A stretch of DNA of 64,000 nt from Eubacteriales bacterium (GTDB lineage Bacteria > Bacillota > Clostridia > Christensenellales > JAWKQI01), in assembly GCA_041390245.1 (NCBI GenBank), contig JAWKQI010000001.1:369388-433387 (forward strand). The letters run 5' to 3'. The stretch's first letter is position 1. Every line of letters starts with the position of its first letter. The notes beneath the pieces are model-generated. The model saw only the letters and a list, made by a program, of their open reading frames with translations. It was not told the origin of the DNA and made no database searches. The position numbers and the translations under genes are program-made. Below are positions 56,051-64,000 of the stretch, piece after piece.

Positions 56051-58519
56051 TTACACATCTACACTTAACTGTTTTAGCTTATCCCCATTATCACTTAAAC
56101 GCACATCCAGGCTAGCCGATTGTGTTTTAAGCGCTACCTTTGCCCCTCTTGATATTATGTCTTGTTTTGGTATATCCTTTTCGGATAAAAGCAAGGTATT
56201 TTCGCCCGTTTTGACCGCCAGCAAAAACTCCCTGCCAACTAATGAAGCAAAAGCTATCTGTTTGCCGTTTTGTCCGTTTTTTAGCAACCCAAAAATGCTT
56301 GCTCCTTTGCCGCCTCTTGTTTTTACCTCCAAAAGCCTTGTATCTACCAACTTGGCATATCCTAGATCTGTTAATAGCACTATGCTTTTCTTGTCACCCA
56401 ATGCAAACTTACCTGCACAGATAATTTCATCACCTGCTGAAAGCCTCATGCCTATAACACCCTTTGCATTTTTACCAAGCAATGGGAACTCTTTTCCTGA
56501 AATAGTTAAATTAATACCCTTTTTAGTGACCATGCATACATCGTCGTTTTCTTTTATGTCAAATACTGCTGCCACGCCGTCGCCTTCTTTTAAACCAATT
56601 GCGGCTATCCTGCTCTTCTTTACGTTGAATTCGTTAAAGTCTACTTTTTTTATCATTCCGCCTTTAGTTACAAAAGCGAGATCGGTACATTGGTTTTCCT
56701 CGCCCACTATCGCCACTATCTCCTCGTTGGGGAGGATACCTGCAAAAATGGAATTTAGAGCGACGCCCTTATCCTTAAACTTATGCTCCGGTATATCACC
56801 CACTGTATATGTAAACATGTTTCCGCAGCTTGTAAAAATACGTACCTTTTGGTTCGTCTTTGTCTCTAAAATGAATTTTAAGCGGTTGTCCTCGTCTATA
56901 GGGCCTGTCTCCATTCCTTTTTTAAACGTCTTGCTTAAAATCCTCTTTATAAAGCCGCTAGACGTTAGGCAAACAACGCATTCGTCTACTACTAAAAATG
57001 CGTTTTCATCGATACATATGTCTTCTTTTTCTTTTGTTATACGGGTGCGCCGATCATCTGCAAATTTTTCTTTTACCTCTAAATGCTCGTTTATTATAAG
57101 CTTAAAAAGCAGTTTTTCAGAAGACAAGACCGCCTCTAATTTCGCTATCAAATTGAGTATAGACTCGTATTCTTCTTTTAATATTTCAATTTCAAGTGCA
57201 GTTAAGCGTGCTAAACGCATATCCAAAATTGCCTGGGCTTGTATCTTTGTTAAATCGAACTCCTCCATTAACTGTTCCCGCGCTTGCGGCGGGTTTTTAG
57301 AGCCTCTAATTATCTTTATCACCCTGTCTATATTAAGCACGGCTACCATGAGGCCGGATAAGATGTGTTCCCTCATCTTTGCCTTTTTTAAATCGAATTC
57401 TATGCGGCGTGTCACTATTTCCTTTTGGAAAGAAATATAATAGTCAATCATCTGAAGCAAGTTTAATTGCATTGGGCGGCCGTCCGCAATGGCGACCATA
57501 TTGGCCGAAAAAGTAATCTGCAGATCCGAATACTTATAAAGGCAGTTTAAGATTGCCTCTGCATCCGCACCGGCCTTTACCTCGATAACGGCGCGCATTC
57601 CCGTCCTGTCCGATTCGTCTTTTATGTCGTAAATCCCGGAAAACATCTCACGCTTTGTCTCGCTTAAAGTAAGTATCTTTTGGAGCATATTGGCCTTATT
57701 TACCTGGTAAGGAAGCTCGGTTATTACAATAAGCTGCCTGCCGTTTTGGCCTTTTTCTATATGTGTCTTTGCACGAAGCGTCAGTTTCCCTTTTCCGGTT
57801 GAATAAACCTCTAAAATATCTTCCTCTGAAAAACAGTATCCGCCGGTCGGGAAATCCGGCCCTTTTATATATTTCATCACGTCTTTAACATTGCATGAAG
57901 GGTTTTCTATCCGGCATATTACGCCGTCTATTACTTCACCTAAGTTATGCGGCGGTATATTCGTAGCAAGGGCAACCGCTATGCCGGATGCACCGTTTAC
58001 CAGCAGATTCGGGAAGCGTGCCGGGAGCATGTCCGGCTCTTTTAAACTGTCGTCGAAATTAAGCCTGAACGGAACTGTCTCCTTTTCGATGTTTTGTATC
58101 ATCATCATGGCAATTGGAGACATCCTGGCTTCTGTATACCTCATTGCCGCTGCATTATCCCCGTCTATAGATCCGAAATTTCCATGTCCGTCTACCAGCG
58201 GAGCCCTCATATTAAAACCTTGCGCCATCCTTACCATAGCTTCATAGACACTAGTATCGCCGTGCGGATGATACTTGCCAAGCGTATCACCGACTATCCT
58301 GGCAGATTTTTTATAAGGCTTGTCCGGAGTTACACCTATTTCAGACATATTATAAAGGATACGCCTTTGAACAGGCTTAAGCCCGTCCTCGACGCGCGGA
58401 AGCGCGCGTTCCATTATGACGTACTGCGCATACGGCAGCATAGAAGCGGACATCACTTCTTCCATAGGCAGGGTTATGATATTGTTGTCTTCGTATGAAA
58501 CTTCGTTTTTCTTACTCAT
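56051..58519 (-). CDS. parC: Type IIA topoisomerase subunit A (topoisomerase IV ParC-like; GyrA family)
   Basis: [17 protein letters not shown] and the active-site [10 protein letters not shown]. The C-terminus is a beta-pinwheel. I assign topo IV rather than gyrase only from context, because there is no dnaA-dnaN-recF neighbourhood. Confidence 0.7.
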   Translation of the reverse strand: MSKKNEVSYEDNNIITLPMEEVMSASMLPYAQYVIMERALPRVEDGLKPVQRRILYNMSEIGVTPDKPYKKSARIVGDTLGKYHPHGDTSVYEAMVRMAQGFNMRAPLVDGHGNFGSIDGDNAAAMRYTEARMSPIAMMMIQNIEKETVPFRLNFDDSLKEPDMLPARFPNLLVNGASGIAVALATNIPPHNLGEVIDGVICRIENPSCNVKDVMKYIKGPDFPTGGYCFSEEDILEVYSTGKGKLTLRAKTHIEKGQNGRQLIVITELPYQVNKANMLQKILTLSETKREMFSGIYDIKDESDRTGMRAVIEVKAGADAEAILNCLYKYSDLQITFSANMVAIADGRPMQLNLLQMIDYYISFQKEIVTRRIEFDLKKAKMREHILSGLMVAVLNIDRVIKIIRGSKNPPQAREQLMEEFDLTKIQAQAILDMRLARLTALEIEILKEEYESILNLIAKLEAVLSSEKLLFKLIINEHLEVKEKFADDRRTRITKEKEDICIDENAFLVVDECVVCLTSSGFIKRILSKTFKKGMETGPIDEDNRLKFILETKTNQKVRIFTSCGNMFTYTVGDIPEHKFKDKGVALNSIFAGILPNEEIVAIVGEENQCTDLAFVTKGGMIKKVDFNEFNVKKSRIAAIGLKEGDGVAAVFDIKENDDVCMVTKKGINLTISGKEFPLLGKNAKGVIGMRLSAGDEIICAGKFALGDKKSIVLLTDLGYAKLVDTRLLEVKTRGGKGASIFGLLKNGQNGKQIAFASLVGREFLLAVKTGENTLLLSEKDIPKQDIISRGAKVALKTQSASLDVRLSDNGDKLKQLSVDV

Positions 58520-60464
58520 TAACTGCCTCCGGAGCTAAAAAATCATCCTTTTTATTAAAATCCACGTGTTCGGAAATATACTCTTTGCGGGATTCTGTCT
58601 TATCCCCCATAAGTACGGTAACCATCCTTTCGGCCTCAGCAGCGTCCTCCAGTGAAACACGGATAAGCGAACGGTTTTTGGGGTTCATCGTGGTGTCCCA
58701 CAATTGCTCCGGGTTCATTTCGCCAAGCCCTTTATACCGCTGGACGTTATATGGCGTTCCCAGTTCTTTGCTGGCTTCAAAAAGCTGTTTGGCATCGTAC
58801 GCGTATATGGATTTGCCGCCTCTTGAAACTTTATAAAGCGGTGGCTTTCCTATGTAGACATGTCCGCCGGATAAAAGCGGTTTAAAATATCTGAAGAAAA
58901 ATGTTAAGAGTATTGCGCGGATATGCGCACCGTCTTGGTCCGCATCCGAGAGTATTATTATTTTATTGTATTTTAGGTTTTCAATCGTGAAAGATTCATC
59001 GAATCCGGCTCCTAAGGCCGTTATTATCATCCTAAATTCTTCATTGGCCATAACTTGATCAAGCCTTTTTTTCTCTACGTTCAAAGGCTTTCCACGGAGA
59101 GGTAAAATGGCCTGGAAATGCCTGTCCCTCCCCTGCTTTGCACTGCCTCCGGCACTGTCACCTTCAACTATGAAAAGCTCATTTTCCTTTGAGTTTTTAC
59201 CCGTGCAAAAGGCCAGCTTTCCAACCAGTGGCGCACCTTCTAATTTATTTTTCTGCCTTTCTAACTTCTTAGCCTTTTTAGCGGCTTCCCTTACTCTATA
59301 TGCCGCATATGCCTTTTCTATCATCTTAGTTGCGGTAGCGGCATTATTTAAATCGGATAAGTAGTTGTTTAAACCCTCTAAAACAACGGATTCAACTGCC
59401 GGCCTAACCTCTGTATTGCCAAGTTTAGTCTTTGTCTGGCCCTCAAACTGCACATTTTTTATTTTGAGGGAGAGTACTACGGTTAAACCTTCCCTAAAAT
59501 CCTCCCCTGATAGGTTGTCCTTATCTTTTATTACAGCAGATGCGCGTGCATAGTCATTAAATGCTTTAGTCAGTGCAGACTTAAAACCTGTTTCATGTGT
59601 CCCGCCTTCCGGGGTAGGTATATTGTTTACATAGGAGTATATACCCTCTGTATACCCGTCGTTATACTGTATGGCAACGCTTACAAGTATATCTCCTCTT
59701 GCAGCGTTTATGACGATCGGGTTTTCCTCTATTACTGTTTTATCTTTGTTTAAATACTTGACAAAATCTGCGATTCCACCTTGAAAGTTAAATGTCAGCT
59801 CTCTTTTTTGGTCCCTTAAATCAATTAACTTTATGGTTATGCCCCTGGTTAAAAAGGCTAATTCCCTTAGCCTTGTAGATATGTATTCAAAATTAAATTT
59901 AATCGTCTCAAATATACGGTCGTCTGGAAGGAATGTAACACGTGTCCCTGTCTCCTTGGTATTGCCGACTTTAGACAGAGGGACCGTCATCTTTCCCGGA
60001 TGTACTTTGCCGCTTTTATCGGAAATAGTTTCAAACCTTGCGCTATACTTTTTCCCATCCGTTGAAACTTCAACGTCTAAATACCTAGAAAGTGCATTGA
60101 CTACAGATGCGCCAACGCCGTGTAACCCTCCTGAATATGCATAGTTTTTATTGTCGAACTTACCACCGGCATGCAACCTTGAGAATACCACTTCTACACC
60201 GGATATCTTTAGCTGCGGGTGCAGCCCGACAGGAATTCCTCTTCCGTTGTCTGTTACAGTCACACTATTGTCAGCGTTTAATATAACTTCTATCCTATCT
60301 GCGTATCCATTTGCTGCCTCGTCCATTGCGTTATCCACAATCTCCCATAGCAGATGGTGAAGCCCCCTTAACCCTGTAGAGCCTATGTACATCCCAGGGC
60401 GGCGGCGAACCGCTTCTAACCCTTCGAGTACCTGTATATCCTTTGCGCCGTAACTCTCAGACAT
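58512..60464 (-). CDS. parE: Type IIA topoisomerase subunit B (topoisomerase IV ParE-like; GyrB family)
   Basis: GHKL ATPase motifs ([21 protein letters not shown]), Toprim EGDSAGG and PLRGK. It overlaps the start of the A subunit gene. Confidence 0.7.
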   Translation of the reverse strand: MSESYGAKDIQVLEGLEAVRRRPGMYIGSTGLRGLHHLLWEIVDNAMDEAANGYADRIEVILNADNSVTVTDNGRGIPVGLHPQLKISGVEVVFSRLHAGGKFDNKNYAYSGGLHGVGASVVNALSRYLDVEVSTDGKKYSARFETISDKSGKVHPGKMTVPLSKVGNTKETGTRVTFLPDDRIFETIKFNFEYISTRLRELAFLTRGITIKLIDLRDQKRELTFNFQGGIADFVKYLNKDKTVIEENPIVINAARGDILVSVAIQYNDGYTEGIYSYVNNIPTPEGGTHETGFKSALTKAFNDYARASAVIKDKDNLSGEDFREGLTVVLSLKIKNVQFEGQTKTKLGNTEVRPAVESVVLEGLNNYLSDLNNAATATKMIEKAYAAYRVREAAKKAKKLERQKNKLEGAPLVGKLAFCTGKNSKENELFIVEGDSAGGSAKQGRDRHFQAILPLRGKPLNVEKKRLDQVMANEEFRMIITALGAGFDESFTIENLKYNKIIILSDADQDGAHIRAILLTFFFRYFKPLLSGGHVYIGKPPLYKVSRGGKSIYAYDAKQLFEASKELGTPYNVQRYKGLGEMNPEQLWDTTMNPKNRSLIRVSLEDAAEAERMVTVLMGDKTESRKEYISEHVDFNKKDDFLAPEAVNE

Positions 60465-60541
60465 CTATGCCTCCATAATATATAATGTATAAAATACGTC
60501 TTTTCACGGGTATTATACCCCATATATCGTCTTTTAGCAAT

Positions 60542-60574
60542 AAAAAACCGGTGGAAGTTTTCCACCGGTTTTTA
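60542..60574. terminator. Bidirectional terminator downstream of hydA
   Basis: CCGGTGGA-agttt-TCCACCGG flanked by an A-run and a T-run. Confidence 0.8.
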
Positions 60575-60582
60575 TGTTTTAA

Positions 60583-62334
60583 TTAGTTTTTATATTTCTC
60601 TCTTGCATGATAATGTGTGTGTAGGAGCTCATGCGCTTTATGGCTGTTTGGCTTACCTAAGAACTCTTCATAAATCTTTGTAATTTCTGGGTTCTTATGA
60701 GATTTTCTCAAAGGCATTGCCTTATCAGCATCATATGTAGCTTTCATACGAAGCTCCGCAGGGTTGATGGACATCTTAATTCTCGAGCTGACTATCGGCT
60801 GTCCGCCACCGTTTATACATCCACCCGGGCAACCCATGATCTCTATGAAGTGGTATTTCTTTTCACCACTCCTTACTTTTTCCAATAGTTCTTTAGCTGC
60901 TCCAGTTGAAGATGCAACTGCAACATTAACATCCATCCCTGCTACATTTACTGTAGCTTCCTTGATTCCATCAAGGCCACGAACTGCTTTATAATCTATT
61001 TCCTTTAAGTCCTGTCCTGTAAGTATGTCTGCAACTGTTCTTAAAGCTGCTTCCATAACACCGCCTGTTGCGCCGAATATAACGGCTGCACCAGTAGATG
61101 CACCGATAAGGGGATCAAAGTCTTCATCCGGCAGGTTTACAAAATCTATGTTAGCTTGCTTGATCATCTTTGCTGCTTCTCTTGTAGTCAAAACTGCATC
61201 GACATCGGGCAGGCCGTCAACTGCGGCGAGTTCTTCTCTTTCTTTTTCGAACTTTTTAGCTGTACATGGCATTATAGATACTACGAATATCTTCTTAGGA
61301 TCAATGCCTTCCTTCTTAGCGTAATATGATTTAATTAATGCACCCTCCATCTCGTGTGGAGATTTACATGTTGATAAATTATCTAAGAAATCTGGAAAGA
61401 AGTGTTCGCAGTACTTGATCCAGCCAGGGCTGCAGGAAGTAATCATAGGAAGTTTCCCGCCGTTTTGTACACGGTTTATAAACTCTGTGCCTTCTTCCAT
61501 AATCGTTAAGTCAGCTGCAAAATCCGTATCGAAAACGCGGTCGAATCCAACTCTTCTTAATGCTGCTGCTAATTTTCCAGTAACTTTAGTGCCGATTGGC
61601 ATACCAAATTCTTCTCCGATAGAAACACGGATTGCCGGAGCAGGCTGTACTACAACGTGTAAATCAGGGTTATGGATCGCATCCCAAACTTTATCTATTT
61701 CGCTTCTCTCGCTAAGAGCGCCAACCGGGCAAGAGACTATGCACTGTCCACAGTTTACGCATGGTACGTCTGCTATGTTTTTGCCAAATGCAGGCTCTAT
61801 AATAGTCTTAAACCCACGGTGTGCAGGCCCTATCGCGCCTATTTTCTGTATGTTTCTGCAAACTGCAACGCAGCGGCGGCAAAGTATGCACTTCATAGGA
61901 TCTCTTACTATAGAATAAGAAGAAGTATCCATTGGACGATCATACTGTACGCCATCAAAACGCTGGTCTTCTGCACCTAATTCTACAGCCAAAGCCTGTA
62001 ATTCACAGTTCTGGCTACGTACGCAGGACAGACAGTCTTTTTTATGGTTGCCAAGAATCAACTCTAAGTTAGTCTTTCTGGCTTCTAAAACTTTTTTAGT
62101 ATTTGTAAACACTTCCATACCCTCAGATACTGGAAGAACGCAAGAGGCCTGTAATCCCGGCATTCTCGCAACTTCAACGAGACATATACGGCATGCGCCA
62201 ATCGCATTTATTCCCTCTAAGTAGCAAAGAGTAGGAATGTTTATGTTTGCTTTTTTCGCGGCTTTAAGAACTGTAGTACCTTCTGGCACTTGGACTTGCT
62301 GGCCGTCTATTTTTAAAGTAATCATAGTATTCAC
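60583..62334 (-). CDS. hydA: [FeFe] hydrogenase catalytic subunit (HydA/HndD type, multimeric NAD(P)/ferredoxin-linked)
   Basis: N-terminal 2Fe-2S and 4Fe-4S Cys clusters. H-cluster motifs TSCSPGW, MPCTAKKFE and EIMGCPGGCINGGGQP. Confidence 0.9.
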   Translation of the reverse strand: MNTMITLKIDGQQVQVPEGTTVLKAAKKANINIPTLCYLEGINAIGACRICLVEVARMPGLQASCVLPVSEGMEVFTNTKKVLEARKTNLELILGNHKKDCLSCVRSQNCELQALAVELGAEDQRFDGVQYDRPMDTSSYSIVRDPMKCILCRRCVAVCRNIQKIGAIGPAHRGFKTIIEPAFGKNIADVPCVNCGQCIVSCPVGALSERSEIDKVWDAIHNPDLHVVVQPAPAIRVSIGEEFGMPIGTKVTGKLAAALRRVGFDRVFDTDFAADLTIMEEGTEFINRVQNGGKLPMITSCSPGWIKYCEHFFPDFLDNLSTCKSPHEMEGALIKSYYAKKEGIDPKKIFVVSIMPCTAKKFEKEREELAAVDGLPDVDAVLTTREAAKMIKQANIDFVNLPDEDFDPLIGASTGAAVIFGATGGVMEAALRTVADILTGQDLKEIDYKAVRGLDGIKEATVNVAGMDVNVAVASSTGAAKELLEKVRSGEKKYHFIEIMGCPGGCINGGGQPIVSSRIKMSINPAELRMKATYDADKAMPLRKSHKNPEITKIYEEFLGKPNSHKAHELLHTHYHAREKYKN

Positions 62335-62349
62335 TCCCTTTCAATCCTG

Positions 62350-64000
62350 TTATTTCTTAGAAATTGCGCCAAATTTGCACTTCTCTATGCACGTTCCGCA
62401 TTTAATACATTTCTGTATGTCAATCTTGAACGGCTTTTTGATTTCACCGGAAATCGCATCTACCGGGCAGTTCCTTGCACAAAGCCCGCAGCCTACGCAC
62501 TTTTCTGGATCGATCGAGTAATTAAGCAATGCCTTGCAGTATCCTGCCGGGCAGCGTTTTTCTTTAATATGTGCTTCATACTCATCTCTGAAGTAACGTA
62601 TGGTGCTAAGAACCGGGTTAGGAGCAGTTTTACCAAGTGCGCAAAGTGAAGAATCCGAAATGCTTCTACCTAATTCTTCCAGTCTCTCTATGTCGCCCTC
62701 TTCGCCTTTACCAGAAACGATCCTGTCTAATATCTCAAGCATCCTCCTTGTGCCGATACGGCAAGGAGCACACTGTCCGCAGGATTCGTCTACTGTAAAG
62801 TCTAAGAAGAACCTTGCTACGTCTACCATACAGTTGTCTTCGTCTACGACGATAAGGCCGCCAGAACCCATCATGGTTCCGATGCTCTTTAATGAATCGT
62901 AATCGATAGGTGTATCTAAGTGCTGAGCAGGGATACATCCGCCAGAAGGTCCGCCGGTCTGCGCTGCTTTGAATTTCTTGCCCTTAGGTATACCGCCACC
63001 GATATCATATATTATCTCTCTTAAAGTTATTCCCATAGGAACTTCAACAAGACCTGTGTTATTGATCTTGCCGCCCAATGCGAATACCTTTGTTCCTTTG
63101 CTTCCCTCAGTTCCAACTGAAGCATACCATTTTGCTCCCTTTAATATAATCTGAGGAATATTAGCTAAAGTTTCAACGTTGTTTATAATAGTAGGCTTTC
63201 CGAAAAGGCCTTTGTCTGCCGGGAATGGCGGCTTAGGCCTTGGCTCGCCCCTGTTGCCTTCGATAGAAGATAAAAGTGCTGTTTCTTCGCCGCATACAAA
63301 AGCGCCGGCACCTAACCTTATCTCTATATCAAAATTAAATCCTGTGCCGAAAATGTTTTTTCCGAGCATGCCATATTCTCTTGCCTGCCCGATAGCAATA
63401 GTAAGCCTCTTAATTGCTTTTGGATATTCAGCACGGCAGTATATATAACCCTGAGAAGCCCCGATAGCAAAACCGGCAATAGCCATAGCTTCGAGTACTA
63501 CATGTGGGTCGCCTTCTAAAACTGACCTGTCCATAAATGCGCCAGGGTCGCCTTCGTCAGCATTACATACTACATACTTCTGGTCTGCTTCGTATCCCTT
63601 TGCAAACATCCATTTTCTGCCTGTCGGGAATCCTGCACCACCACGGCCGCGAAGACCGGAATCCAGCATTTCTTTGATGACACTATCAGGAGTCATCTCT
63701 GTCAATACTTTCCCAAGAGCCTTATAGCCGTCGCGTGCTATATATTCATCAATACTTTCTGGGTCTATAACACCACAATTCTTAAGTACTGATCTGCTTT
63801 GCTTTTCATAAAACTTAATTTCATCTGTGTTATGTTTAATAGTATTGTCTGGTTCCTTATACAGAAGTTTATCAACAACTCTGCCCTTTATAAGGTGTTC
63901 CTCAACTAGAGTTTTAACATCCTCAGGTTTTACTTGGCTGTAGAAAGAACCTTCAGGTTTAATTATGACTATAGGACCAGCCTGGCATAAACCAAAACAG
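62350..64000 (-). CDS. hydB: Hydrogenase flavoprotein subunit (NuoF-like, HydB/HndC); 5' end beyond the window
   Basis: [13 protein letters not shown] (FMN/NADH site), the CGQCAPCR cluster and two C-terminal ferredoxin CxxCxxCxxxCP motifs. The frame remains open from 63706 to the window edge and encodes a thioredoxin-like N-terminal domain ([17 protein letters not shown]...). Confidence 0.88.
   Translation of the reverse strand, partial: CFGLCQAGPIVIIKPEGSFYSQVKPEDVKTLVEEHLIKGRVVDKLLYKEPDNTIKHNTDEIKFYEKQSRSVLKNCGVIDPESIDEYIARDGYKALGKVLTEMTPDSVIKEMLDSGLRGRGGAGFPTGRKWMFAKGYEADQKYVVCNADEGDPGAFMDRSVLEGDPHVVLEAMAIAGFAIGASQGYIYCRAEYPKAIKRLTIAIGQAREYGMLGKNIFGTGFNFDIEIRLGAGAFVCGEETALLSSIEGNRGEPRPKPPFPADKGLFGKPTIINNVETLANIPQIILKGAKWYASVGTEGSKGTKVFALGGKINNTGLVEVPMGITLREIIYDIGGGIPKGKKFKAAQTGGPSGGCIPAQHLDTPIDYDSLKSIGTMMGSGGLIVVDEDNCMVDVARFFLDFTVDESCGQCAPCRIGTRRMLEILDRIVSGKGEEGDIERLEELGRSISDSSLCALGKTAPNPVLSTIRYFRDEYEAHIKEKRCPAGYCKALLNYSIDPEKCVGCGLCARNCPVDAISGEIKKPFKIDIQKCIKCGTCIEKCKFGAISKK

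Noticed and set aside
56157-57440. A 427-aa plus-strand ORF, plus many other long antisense ORFs such as 46125-46778, 2540-2980, 61415-61918, 42943-43509 and 49158-49718.
   Set aside because: All lie fully inside well-supported minus-strand genes (parC, the AIR-synthase-like gene, the permease, hydA, coaBC, gatA). They have S/L/F/P/I-rich low-complexity translations and no RBS. They are typical shadow ORFs of AT-rich genomes.

Overview
This is a 64-kb chromosomal window from an AT-rich, endospore-forming Firmicute, probably a member of the Clostridia. Markers for that call are spoIIP, gpr, a spoVM micro-gene, remA and a bifurcating-type [FeFe] hydrogenase. Nearly all genes are on the minus strand. 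All family assignments come from reading motifs and gene order by eye; no database or HMM search was possible.

The window has three parts.

(1) 1-10.4 kb, mixed accessory and housekeeping genes:
- a frameshifted HAD phosphatase
- tRNA-Leu(CAA)
- an APC amino-acid permease
- a TetR plus ABC-2 exporter operon with a clear promoter and palindromic operator
- a Cu/Zn-SOD-like gene without a signal peptide
- a polytopic membrane protein with an S/D/N-rich region
- a convergent NHEJ pair made of ku and a ligase-only ATP-dependent DNA ligase

(2) 10.4-25.1 kb, a phage-derived cluster of about 13.7 kb:
- It holds only late functions: activator, TerS, TerL, portal, scaffold, P22-type coat, a few tail or fibre proteins, and M15 endolysin, holin and XhlA.
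- A lipoprotein moron sits between terS and terL.
- There is no tape measure, tube or sheath gene, and no integrase, repressor or replication gene.
- The cluster is followed by an ORF-poor stretch of about 0.8 kb.
- This is the most unusual locus in the window. It is either a truncated short-tailed prophage or a GTA-like particle locus.

(3) 25.2-64 kb, tRNAs and conserved core genes:
- a tRNA cluster, Leu(TAG)-Gly(TCC)-[degenerate Gly copy]-Lys(CTT), with a consensus promoter; the Gly duplication looks like an att-type scar
- an EF-G paralog, murI, spoIIP and gpr
- the classic Firmicute block rpmB / spoVM / rpe-rsgA-prkC-stp-rlmN-rsmB-fmt-def-priA-coaBC-rpoZ-gmk-remA-yicC
- an AIR-synthase-like gene, gatCAB, ligA, pcrA and yerC
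- a NodB deacetylase, a tandem-OB SSB-like gene and parE-parC
- hydA, and hydB running off the right edge
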